DNA of 34,861 nucleotides from Candidatus Heimdallarchaeota archaeon (GCA_021399345.1 JAAFKI010000040.1:1-34861); one strand, 5' to 3'; positions 19,589 to 28,635 are shown, counted from the stretch's first letter. Notes: generated from the letters alone by a model not told the origin. Numbers and translations are program-made.

Positions 19589-19870
19589 TTCATATCATTC
19601 TAATCTTCCATCTAATATATATTTTTGCTAAAGGAAATAATTACCTATTGACAGAGGTTTTACCTTTAGTTTTTGTAAGAAAACCCTCTTTAATCATTTT
19701 CGTTAAATTGCGTCCAGATGGGCTTTAATTTCACTTAGAAGTTTTTTTAAATTTGTAAGTGATGCTTCTTTGATTTCAAGAATAAACTTGAGTATTTGGC
19801 CTCTTTTTTTCTATTTGAACCCTTGAAACGGAAATATTTTGAAGTTTCCCGCTATCATAGAAGAAACCTT

Positions 19871-21223
19871 TTACCCCGAGATTTTTTTGGTTAGATAATC
19901 TTTGATGATGAGTAAAGCCTTGCAATCGTCAGAGTTGTAAGAGATAGCTTTATCCAGAGCTTCTCTGTTATTATGTAAATACCATTTGTCGAAAAGGATT
20001 ATACTAGTAGCTCCATCGACTAGTGGATCAAACCATTCAAAACCTAGCCAGTTTGCAACATCTTTCAAAGTGTAGGTATATACTGGAAGAATTATTTTTT
20101 TCTTGAAAATAGGAAATAAGTCAAAGGAGCTTTGTATCAGTTTTGCTATCCTTTTTGATTTAATTGAGTATTTAGATGCTAAATTCTGAAAGTATTGAGG
20201 TTCTGCTAATGACCAATGGTAGAGTGTGTAATTTCCATTTAGTTCTTCTAGAAACTTCAAAAATGACCTAAACATTTGTTCCTCTTTCTGTGGTGATTCC
20301 GCTAAGAAATGAAGGTATCTATGTTCAGTTCCTTTCCTTAGCAAACAACCAATAATCCAAACAAAGTTATGATGAGACGACCCCTCTATATCTACATAAA
20401 GTTCGTAAGAAGACGAAGGAAAATCAATTTGTCCTCTTATTTTTTCTTTTTTATCCACTAACGATTGAGCCTGAAGTACAAGATATTCTAATTCTTTCTT
20501 ACTTACATTTTCCATTTTCAAATTAGTTAAATCAGCTTGAGCTAAACTTGGAACATCAGTAATTCCATTATCAAGTAGCTGTTTTTTAATACGTTTTCCA
20601 ATTCCACTAATTAATGTGACATCCAAACTATCGGCGACAAGCTTTTTGCAATATTTTCTCCACTCACACACTCTACAACTTCTTGTATAATTTGGAGATA
20701 TTTTTAACTCACCAACAAGAATTTTGTTGATTTTAACTAAATCTTCTTCTAATTCATCTATCAAATTCTCTGTCGAATGAGTTTCATATTCATTATCTCT
20801 ATAAATCTGAAAATAATCTATATTAGCTTCTTGAAAGAGTGAACAGACATAAGCAGCATAAACTCCTTCCATAATTATTGGTTTTCTTAAATATTTGACA
20901 TTTCTTAATAAAATAGGAATATATGAATACGAACCAAAAGAACCTTCCAAGTCTATCTTTTTCAAACGATCAACTCTGGAAGTTAAATTTTCTGCTAGAA
21001 TCCAACCCTGACTGATTTGAGATTTTCCTTGAATCATTCTTGCCTTTGTTTGTTCAGCTTTTTCTCTTATCTCTTCTTCTGAGGTTATATGATATTTAGA
21101 TCTATCTCTACTTCTTCCCAAAATGGGATGTACATCTTTTTCCTGCTCAGGACCAAACTTACTTAGGTAAAATAACATTGGGCATCTGTAAAATAGTCGT
21201 ATATCGTAGTTGCTAATGAGCAT
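19871..21223 (-). CDS. TM0106-family RecB/Cas4-like + HhH + DEDD (RNase_H_2) nuclease
   Basis: RCP at the N-terminus plus CRVCEWRKYC (4 Cys); ISGIGKR HhH; YVDIEG, FDLF, YTLKDVA, YNSDDC. Confidence 0.88.
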   Translation of the reverse strand: MLISNYDIRLFYRCPMLFYLSKFGPEQEKDVHPILGRSRDRSKYHITSEEEIREKAEQTKARMIQGKSQISQGWILAENLTSRVDRLKKIDLEGSFGSYSYIPILLRNVKYLRKPIIMEGVYAAYVCSLFQEANIDYFQIYRDNEYETHSTENLIDELEEDLVKINKILVGELKISPNYTRSCRVCEWRKYCKKLVADSLDVTLISGIGKRIKKQLLDNGITDVPSLAQADLTNLKMENVSKKELEYLVLQAQSLVDKKEKIRGQIDFPSSSYELYVDIEGSSHHNFVWIIGCLLRKGTEHRYLHFLAESPQKEEQMFRSFLKFLEELNGNYTLYHWSLAEPQYFQNLASKYSIKSKRIAKLIQSSFDLFPIFKKKIILPVYTYTLKDVANWLGFEWFDPLVDGATSIILFDKWYLHNNREALDKAISYNSDDCKALLIIKDYLTKKISG

Positions 21224-21283
21224 TGTTAAGACCGATTTAGTTGAAATCTAAAAAGTTTTTGAACATAACAAAAGGAAGGGATG

Positions 21284-22675
21284 TTAAAGATTCTTCAGAA
21301 TCTGATCTATCCCTGGTTCAATTCCTTGCATTATCATAAAACCTCTAGGACTTTCTCTATTTGTTATTTCTCCTGCAATAGGAGTAAGCATGATGTCTCT
21401 TACTTCATCAAGATTTCTAGTATGTCCAAGTGCCCAGATTAATTTGGTATATGCAGCTGATGGAAGCATATTTTCTCCTTCGATAACTCCTCGTGCTAGC
21501 ATATCTCTTCCTGTCTCATAGACGCGTAACTGTGCAAAACCATACAATGGTTCAACTACCATTACTACAGGTATTTCTTCTTCTTGACACCGCTCTAGGG
21601 CAGGATAAACATCTGTTCCCACATGAGCTAATCCAGTACCTATCACCACAACACCATGATATCCTAGGTCAACCATTGATTCTAGAAGATCAGGATTCAT
21701 ACCTGGATAGAAGTAAAGCATCCCAACTCGACTGTCGATTTTGGCATCAAGATAGAAGTCTTCAGGATTTGATCGAGGTCTTATATCGTCCTTGAACCAA
21801 GTAGTCCCGCTATCATCTATTTTACCAAGTGGTATGTCGCTCAAACTTTTAAAAGTATCTCGACGTGCTGAATGCATTTTCCTGCATCTAGTAGCTCTAT
21901 GAACCAGATTATAGCTGTCACTGGGAGTACCATGCATAGATATAACAACTTCTGCAAAATTTTCATAACCAGCTAGTTGAGCAGCATAGAGAATATTTCG
22001 AGGTCCATCTGATGAAGGTCTATCTGAACTTCTTTGACTACCTACAAGAACAACAGGTACTGGTAGATTTCTTAAGAAATAAGATAATGCGCAACCAGTA
22101 ACACACATAGTATCTGTTCCATGCCCAATTATAATCCCATTTGCTCCAGATTCAATCTCTTTGGCAATTGCTTCTGCTGTTTTTACCCAATATTCAGGTC
22201 TGAAGTTTTCACTCAGAATTTGATAAAGAGTTTTAGGAGTAAGATTGACGGTAGAGATTAATTCAGGTACCGCTGAAAATAATTCTTCAGGAGTGAAAGC
22301 AGGTAACACTGCTCCAGTTCGGTAATCTAGTCTTGAAGCTACTGTTCCACCAGTCCCAAGTAAAGTAACGTTTGGAAGTTCTTCCTTGAATTTCACCTCT
22401 ACATGTGGAAGCTGATAATGTCCCTTCTGATAACCAATTTCTTGAACTTGTGTTTCCTCATCAACTAAAATACCTAGGTTGTACCCAGTGTCTACTTTAA
22501 GTGTAATGTAATCATCATCTGTATTCTGACTTCGAGGAAGCAATAATCCCTCATAATAAGCTTCACCTTTTTTGACAGAAACTTTACTCCAAGTTCTGAT
22601 TTTATCTCGGATTAACCGTTCTCTTAACGATCCTCTATATCCCTCTGGATCATAAATAATTTCACCTTCAACCAT
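21284..22675 (-). CDS. gatD: Glu-tRNA(Gln) amidotransferase subunit D
   Basis: TGGTVASR, HGTDTM, GSQRSSDRPSSD; ATG directly follows the gatE stop, with GGAGGT SD. Confidence 0.97.
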   Translation of the reverse strand: MVEGEIIYDPEGYRGSLRERLIRDKIRTWSKVSVKKGEAYYEGLLLPRSQNTDDDYITLKVDTGYNLGILVDEETQVQEIGYQKGHYQLPHVEVKFKEELPNVTLLGTGGTVASRLDYRTGAVLPAFTPEELFSAVPELISTVNLTPKTLYQILSENFRPEYWVKTAEAIAKEIESGANGIIIGHGTDTMCVTGCALSYFLRNLPVPVVLVGSQRSSDRPSSDGPRNILYAAQLAGYENFAEVVISMHGTPSDSYNLVHRATRCRKMHSARRDTFKSLSDIPLGKIDDSGTTWFKDDIRPRSNPEDFYLDAKIDSRVGMLYFYPGMNPDLLESMVDLGYHGVVVIGTGLAHVGTDVYPALERCQEEEIPVVMVVEPLYGFAQLRVYETGRDMLARGVIEGENMLPSAAYTKLIWALGHTRNLDEVRDIMLTPIAGEITNRESPRGFMIMQGIEPGIDQILKNL

Positions 22676-24613
22676 TTAGATTACCTCCTTCCTGAATGAA
22701 TTAACAAGATTCACAACCGTTTGTCCTTTAATTGAGTAATTACATTCTTTTAAAACAAGGGCAACAATCTTGGGAAGATATCTTTGTTCATCTTCAGGTG
22801 ATTGTAATTTCTCATCACCAATAAGATTGATTTTTTGTTTAACTATATTTTCTAATTCTTCATCAGAGAATTTTTTGATATTTAATTGTTCGATTATTTC
22901 TTGCTTTGTTATTTTTTTGTTCTTAGCAATAATCGAAACTACTTGGTGCAATTGCTCAGTTATAATGGACTCTTGTGCTAACAACTCTGCAATTCTCTCG
23001 AAATCTTCTTCATCGAGAGTGATGCCTTTTCTTTTATTTTCCCTATAAATCTCAATCAGTAACTTGTAAGATAAATGAGCGTTCAAATTAAGCTCTTCAG
23101 TAAATTTGTAGAACAGATCTAGCTGTTCATCTCGAATGAGAAGGTCTACTTTGTTCTGACTGAAACCATATTTTGAATTTAATTCTTCAAAAACGTCCCA
23201 TGGTCGCTTACCTATATTTCTAGTTATCTCTTCAATCTTATCTAGAGAGATTACAACAGGTGGAGTATCAGTATCTGGGTAGATCCTATCCTTCCCATGA
23301 ATAACTCTTAGAAATTCGGAGTTACCATCTCTAATAAATCTCCTAGTTTCTTGTGGGACTCCATCCAACGCTATCTTGATTCTTTCTATGACTTTCTTTA
23401 GAGCATGCATAGCTTGTTTCTCTGAACCTCTCACAACTATGAAGGCATCATTTTCTTTTGGGTTCAGGATAGAACATATTTTTTGATAAAGTTGATCGTT
23501 AATTTCCAAATTGCTAGAAAAATCAGAGTTTTTTCTAATTGCTCCTTCTTCATTTTCATCGCTATGGTAATGATTCTCCCTGGGAACACCTGTTATCAGC
23601 ATGCTTTTTTCAAAAATTTCCAAACCAAAATCTTTGTTAGGTTGAACTTCTAATCCGAATAATCCTTTCATTTTTGGGCAGATAACTGCAAAATGCTTTA
23701 CTTCAGATTCAAATAGATGAGAAATATCTACATAAGTATGTTCGAGAGCATCTTTAGTTATACCTCGTTTAAGCATTTCATCTTTTATTTCTATCAAAGT
23801 ATACTGTCGTACTACTTCATTGCGACACATTAAATCAAATAAATCTAAATCTTGAACTCCCTTAATCTCGACACGATCTCCACCAGTAATGCTAATATTG
23901 ACATCTTGTCGTGCTGTACCTAAACCTCTTCGTCCAATTTTACTTATTCTCAAAACTCGTCCAATCTGTTTAGCAGTTTCAATTAATTCCTCAGGAGTAT
24001 CAACATCTGTGTATTCAGTAATAATTTCAGTCAAAGGAAGACCTAATCTATCTAGATTAAAGTAGACTGTGCGATTTGAAGTATCTTCCCAATTAACTCT
24101 ACGAGCTGCATCTTCTTCAACATGCAGATTAGTTATTCGCACCTTTTTACCATTTACAGGAACCCAACCATCTCTTGCGGAAATAAAAGTTCTTTGAAAT
24201 CCAGTGGTAATAGAACCATCTAAATACTGTTTTCTATTCACTACAATTTCTTCAGCAAATGATGTACAATGGAAGTATTCGGAGAGAATATAACCCTTTT
24301 CAATAGCTTCCATATCAGGGAAAAATGGAGGGGTTTCATCCATTTCGTAAGTGCAAGTATTTCTTTCATTAGCAAGATAAATCACTTTGTACCCTTTTTC
24401 GAATTCTACAAGCATACCTGGGTCGAAGTCTCCCATCTCGCCAAGAACTGGTCGAAAATATCTATAAAAACTGTATTCCATATTTTCTGGATCTTCCTCA
24501 AGAATAGTGGGACAATTACAAAAAAGTTTACGCTTAGATTTTATTTGATGGTGAACTTCCAAACCCGCATGAAAGCCTAATTTTTTAAAATCTAGATTGT
24601 TTGAGTCTATCAT
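22676..24613 (-). CDS. gatE: Glu-tRNA(Gln) amidotransferase subunit E
   Basis: GLEVHHQ, KLFCNCP, DGSITTGFQRT, EEDAAR, LDRLGLPLTEI, RQDVNISI, RIYPDTD. Confidence 0.97.
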   Translation of the reverse strand: MIDSNNLDFKKLGFHAGLEVHHQIKSKRKLFCNCPTILEEDPENMEYSFYRYFRPVLGEMGDFDPGMLVEFEKGYKVIYLANERNTCTYEMDETPPFFPDMEAIEKGYILSEYFHCTSFAEEIVVNRKQYLDGSITTGFQRTFISARDGWVPVNGKKVRITNLHVEEDAARRVNWEDTSNRTVYFNLDRLGLPLTEIITEYTDVDTPEELIETAKQIGRVLRISKIGRRGLGTARQDVNISITGGDRVEIKGVQDLDLFDLMCRNEVVRQYTLIEIKDEMLKRGITKDALEHTYVDISHLFESEVKHFAVICPKMKGLFGLEVQPNKDFGLEIFEKSMLITGVPRENHYHSDENEEGAIRKNSDFSSNLEINDQLYQKICSILNPKENDAFIVVRGSEKQAMHALKKVIERIKIALDGVPQETRRFIRDGNSEFLRVIHGKDRIYPDTDTPPVVISLDKIEEITRNIGKRPWDVFEELNSKYGFSQNKVDLLIRDEQLDLFYKFTEELNLNAHLSYKLLIEIYRENKRKGITLDEEDFERIAELLAQESIITEQLHQVVSIIAKNKKITKQEIIEQLNIKKFSDEELENIVKQKINLIGDEKLQSPEDEQRYLPKIVALVLKECNYSIKGQTVVNLVNSFRKEVI

Positions 24614-24822
24614 TTTGGACTAAAATTAGGAAAATTCAAAGCGTTAAAAAGTTTCTTCAATATGACATGAAACATCAACTTGCTAATCATTGTTTGGAAA
24701 TGAGTGATTCTGCTGTTCAGTGTAGCAATGATTGAAATTAATAGATTTTTATTTCAAAGAACAAGACGGGAAACATCAAAATAATTATAAACAATAAGGT
24801 TATCGAGTCTTTTGAATAGTAA

Positions 24823-25353
24823 ATGTCAAGCTACAAGTATACATTCAAGATTCTTTTACTAGGAGACGGTGCAGTAGGTAAGACTAGTTTAGTCCAGAGA
24901 TTCATTCACAATAAATTTCAAGCAGGATACCTCATGACAATAGGAATGGAACCCTACAGCCGATTTGAGACAATTAAAGATACTCGAATTTGTTTGCAGC
25001 TTTGGGATATTGCTGGACAAGATAGGTTCGCATCAATGCGTCAAATTTTCTTTAAAGGCAGTTTAGGAGCATTAGTAACTTATGATATTACTCGTCGCCA
25101 GTCCTTTGAAAATCTGGATACTTGGATTCGAGAAGCCAGAACAGAGAGTCCTCGAATTATGCTCATGCTTGTAGGTAACAAAAATGATCTTGAAGATTTG
25201 CGAGATGTTTCTACAGAAGAAGGTGAGAAGTACGCAAAAGAATCTGGATGTATCGGCTTTATTGAAACTTCTGCTAAAAACGGAATCAATGTTGAAAATG
25301 CATTTATTGTAATGGGAGAGGAAATTCTTCAGGGAATTGAAACTAGAGATTAA
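24823..25353 (+). CDS. Rab-like small GTPase (Ras superfamily)
   Basis: G1 GDGAVGKTS, G2 TIG, G3 WDIAGQ, G4 GNKND, G5 ETSAK; RabF-like LQLW, RF and YDIT. Confidence 0.95.
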   Translation: MSSYKYTFKILLLGDGAVGKTSLVQRFIHNKFQAGYLMTIGMEPYSRFETIKDTRICLQLWDIAGQDRFASMRQIFFKGSLGALVTYDITRRQSFENLDTWIREARTESPRIMLMLVGNKNDLEDLRDVSTEEGEKYAKESGCIGFIETSAKNGINVENAFIVMGEEILQGIETRD

Positions 25354-25375
25354 TGATCCCAAAACAAACTCTTTT

Positions 25376-25846
25376 CTAATTCTCTTTAACTTCAGCTAGT
25401 TGTTGTCTTATTCTTCTTGAGCTTATAATTATTCCTTGTTCATCATAAACAAAGGGAATTACCAAAATTAATAATTGATCCATACCACTTAATGGTCTAA
25501 GTTTATTGATATCAATAGCCGTTGGATAGGTTTCTTCTGTTACTACTATTCCTTCAGCATTTTTTGCATTCAATGCGAAACCATATCTATGATCAATTTC
25601 AATAATTTCAAAATCTGTACAACCTCTTTTTTCCAGATATTTCTGTAATTCTCTTTTTCTTATATCAAATGTTTGCATTAAGTTCAAATTTCGATCAGAT
25701 CGTCTAAGACTCTTAGCAAATTGATCATTAGTTAAACCAATGCGGATTAGTTTACCAAAACTTAAAGCAGCTTCTAAAAGTGCTTTGTGCCCCTGATGAA
25801 GATGGTCAAAAGTTCCTCCCATGATGACTTCATCAACCCACGGCAT
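25376..25846 (-). CDS. coaD: Phosphopantetheine adenylyltransferase (archaeal/eukaryote-type)
   Basis: GGTFDHLHQGH, IGLTND, VVTEET, ISSRRIR; GGTGA SD upstream. Confidence 0.92.
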   Translation of the reverse strand: MPWVDEVIMGGTFDHLHQGHKALLEAALSFGKLIRIGLTNDQFAKSLRRSDRNLNLMQTFDIRKRELQKYLEKRGCTDFEIIEIDHRYGFALNAKNAEGIVVTEETYPTAIDINKLRPLSGMDQLLILVIPFVYDEQGIIISSRRIRQQLAEVKEN

Positions 25847-25914
25847 ATTTTCACCTTAATATTGTATCAATAATAACTCTTCTTTAAATCTTCCTCATTT
25901 ACTACAGAATTAAT

Positions 25915-25923
25915 AAAAAAAAA
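25915..25923 (-). terminator. Oligo-T terminator after tRNA-His
   Basis: T9 run two nucleotides downstream of CCA on the minus strand. Confidence 0.6.
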
Positions 25924-25925
25924 GC

Positions 25926-26000
25926 TGGTGCCCCGAGCAAGATTCGAACCTGCCTCTATGGAGCCACAATCCACAATACTAGCCGCTATACTATCGGGGC
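25926..26000 (-). tRNA. tRNA-His (GUG), intronless, CCA encoded
   Basis: Reverse complement folds as a cloverleaf: acceptor GCCCCGA/TCGGGGC, D stem GTAT/GTAT, anticodon arm GTGGA-TTGTGGC-TCCAT, T arm GCAGG-TTCGAAT-CTTGC, then A-CCA. Confidence 0.96.
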
Positions 26001-26025
26001 AATTAATGTCTATTTTACATCTTTG

Positions 26026-26035
26026 TTTTTAAAAA
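26026..26035 (-). promoter_or_regulatory. TATA box of tRNA-His
   Basis: TTTTTAAAAA 26-35 nt upstream of the mature 5' end. Confidence 0.55.
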
Positions 26036-26098
26036 TTGTCGTAGAATACTAAAAGAAGAATAGCTATCCTTTTTTAGTGGCACGATTTTCTCTAAACA

Positions 26099-26578
26099 AT
26101 GAGCTCTGGGAAAATAATTGTTCAATTGCACAATTTCAGTAGCGTTAATTACTGTAGAGAATTCGTCAAAATAGCTTTAGGATTAGGGGCGCGAGATATA
26201 GTCCTTTCTAAGGCATCAGGAACTGCTGCAACAAGTGGAGTTCCAGTTGCACAAAAGCTAGTTCATTCAAAAAAAGCTAATCTTCTATATTTACAAGATA
26301 TTGATGATTCTATTGAACTGTGCCAACCTGATGAGGTTTATCTCTTTATCAAACAACCTTTTTCAAAAGAAATCTTTAATCCAGAAAAAATAGCTGATTC
26401 TTATAATAAAGGAAAAAATATTTTACTAATATTTGGTGGATCTGAACCTGGTTTAACTAAACAAGAGCTAGATAAAGGCATTTCAGTTTACTTTGATAAA
26501 GGAAATGAACTGGGTTGCTTAGGAGAAATAACACTCGCATTGTATCAATTAAGAAAAGAAATAGAAATAGATGAATAG
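26099..26578 (+). CDS. DUF2122/COG4080-like protein (predicted SPOUT-class RNA methyltransferase fold)
   Basis: LHNFSS, SKASGTAATSGVP, IFGGSEPGLTKQEL, LGCLGEITLALY. Confidence 0.75.
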   Translation: MSSGKIIVQLHNFSSVNYCREFVKIALGLGARDIVLSKASGTAATSGVPVAQKLVHSKKANLLYLQDIDDSIELCQPDEVYLFIKQPFSKEIFNPEKIADSYNKGKNILLIFGGSEPGLTKQELDKGISVYFDKGNELGCLGEITLALYQLRKEIEIDE

Positions 26579-26633
26579 CTAAATCGTTACACTAAGCTAG
26601 GTCCTTTTTTTACAATATGGATATCATTATTCT

Positions 26634-28451
26634 CTAACGATTTTTACTATTCTTTCTCCTTCTTATTAGTAGTATAGAACATAAACCTACAACAGTTATT
26701 AAGAAAATATTTATGTTGCTGAATTCTCTTATTGTGATAACATATCCGGCTAGTTCCATAAATAATCTTGCCATATCTATATCATAAGGATAAGGCTGAA
26801 GACTATCAAGAAATCCAACTATTGCTTCAGAAACAGGAAGGATTCCTGGATCATAACTATAGTTATATTGAGATTGAGATGTAGCATTAGCGGCTATATA
26901 ATCTCGTGGGATTGAACAACTTATTGCTTTTCTAATATTTCTAGCTGCTCCAGCTAATCCAATTGGCGTCAACTCTCCTGTTCCAATTATTGGGTGTTTC
27001 ATATTGATAGCTAATTGTTGATGACTCGTAGATTTTGCTTTTGCACCAATAATTCCAGAAATATCTTCAAAAATACTTAAGGGGGAATAGTAGTAACGGT
27101 CCATTATATCAGCTTCTCCAGTTAACAATTCCTCAAATGCAGCCTCTTTTGTAGGAATATGTTTGAAATTTAACTCGGAGAGTTTTGCAGGACTTCCACC
27201 TGAAGCTATTAGATTTACCCAGTACGGTTGTGTTTTTAGGTTTACGATATTTAGTGTAGGATTATATTTGTCTACAACAAATGGTCCGCAGGATTTGACA
27301 AGAGACCAACCTACGTTACCTGTGCCTGGGGTTTCCCAGAAGATATTATAACCATAGGTTGAGATAAGAGGTTCAACTTCACTCTTATCTATAATACCAG
27401 CATCAAAAGCATTCATCCAATAGTAATCCATTACTTTCATTTTGAATAATAATTGTCCTCCAGAAACATCTGGTCCAATTATTTCAATTGAATCATTGCT
27501 TTCAAAATAGACAAAAGCAAATTCTCCGTAACGATCTGAATTTACTTCGGGTGTCATATATAATTCATAGCTGTATTTTACATCAGATGGTAATACTGGA
27601 CTTAAATCACTGAATTTAGCATTTGGATCAAGGAAAACTGTAATGTTAATTTCATCGTTGATTATTGGAGAATATGAAATATTTTTTGCAATTTCAGGTT
27701 CAAAAATACGAGAATTTTGAGCTCTTCTTAATAAAGAACCATAAACAGCTTGCGTCCATTGTGCATCAAGGTATGAAAAATAACGGAAGATATTAGTCCC
27801 GTCAAATGTTGTGGGGGAAACAAAAGTAAGATTATGATCATTCGGAACATCCCAAAACTGAGTTTGATCTGAAGCTTGACCGAACAGAGTTGTATCCAAA
27901 CCTACTAGATTTTCATTGAACCCATAGACATATTTTAAGTATACAATTCCTATAGCGGGTAAATCTTCATAAATAATACCTTGTAGTTCTTTCCCTTTTT
28001 CAATTCTAGTAGTGATATTAGCTTCTAAAAGATATTCAGTTAGTTTTTGGTCAAACTGAGTATTGTTATATTGATAGAAATTATCACCATAAGGTACTAT
28101 ATTTTCTGAAGCAAACCAGCCTTCGGGATTCCAATCAAAATGATCATTCCATCCCATAAATAATACATCGTAGCCGCCTTCATCATAAGTTGGTATATAG
28201 TCATAATCAATTAATGGATAACCCCAAGTTCTGGAACCAATCTCACCCCAGCCTGTTATATTATTCACATTAACTTCAACACCTATTTGTTCAAGCTCTT
28301 GGGCTATTAGCTCTGACCATTCAATTCTTTCAGTTGAAGTATTTGGAGTTAGGAAAGAAAGAGAGAAAAATGGATCTGGATTTTGAGCATTAATTTGAGT
28401 AATAGAAGGTAAGAGAAGAAGAAAGATAAAAATTATAATACTCTTTTTCAT
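26634..28451 (-). CDS. Family-5 (peptide/nickel) ABC solute-binding protein, circularly permuted, with C-terminal membrane anchor
   Basis: Signal peptide; AKFSDLSPVLPSDVKYSY, SCGPFVV, IRKAISCSIPR, YPYDIDMARLFMELAGY; C-terminal TM helix followed by RRRK. Confidence 0.9.
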   Translation of the reverse strand: MKKSIIIFIFLLLLPSITQINAQNPDPFFSLSFLTPNTSTERIEWSELIAQELEQIGVEVNVNNITGWGEIGSRTWGYPLIDYDYIPTYDEGGYDVLFMGWNDHFDWNPEGWFASENIVPYGDNFYQYNNTQFDQKLTEYLLEANITTRIEKGKELQGIIYEDLPAIGIVYLKYVYGFNENLVGLDTTLFGQASDQTQFWDVPNDHNLTFVSPTTFDGTNIFRYFSYLDAQWTQAVYGSLLRRAQNSRIFEPEIAKNISYSPIINDEINITVFLDPNAKFSDLSPVLPSDVKYSYELYMTPEVNSDRYGEFAFVYFESNDSIEIIGPDVSGGQLLFKMKVMDYYWMNAFDAGIIDKSEVEPLISTYGYNIFWETPGTGNVGWSLVKSCGPFVVDKYNPTLNIVNLKTQPYWVNLIASGGSPAKLSELNFKHIPTKEAAFEELLTGEADIMDRYYYSPLSIFEDISGIIGAKAKSTSHQQLAINMKHPIIGTGELTPIGLAGAARNIRKAISCSIPRDYIAANATSQSQYNYSYDPGILPVSEAIVGFLDSLQPYPYDIDMARLFMELAGYVITIREFSNINIFLITVVGLCSILLIRRRKNSKNR

Positions 28452-28517
28452 TGTTGTTCGCCTTTTAGATTCTTAAAAATGAAACCCTCCCTAGATAATA
28501 TAAAGGTTTCTTAGATT

Positions 28518-28576
28518 AGTGATTTTCAAAAATTTATGGATAAACTATAAGAATTAGGTTTTTTTGGAAAATCACT
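28518..28576. repeat. Intergenic inverted repeat / long hairpin
   Basis: AGTGATTTTCAAAAA ... TTTTTGGAAAATCACT, with inner pairing TTATGG/CTATAA. Confidence 0.65.
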
Positions 28577-28635
28577 CTTGCTTTGAACCTTATAAAGAAA
28601 GAAGTTCAAACTAATCAAGGTAGTTATTCTGATAA

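Noticed and set aside
19871-21223. Cas4-like gene as evidence of CRISPR-Cas
   Set aside because: No repeat-spacer array or other cas genes are present; the architecture is the stand-alone TM0106 type.
25860-26100. tRNA-His as an integration site for a mobile element
   Set aside because: I saw no duplicated tRNA 3' end and no integrase; the flanking genes are housekeeping.
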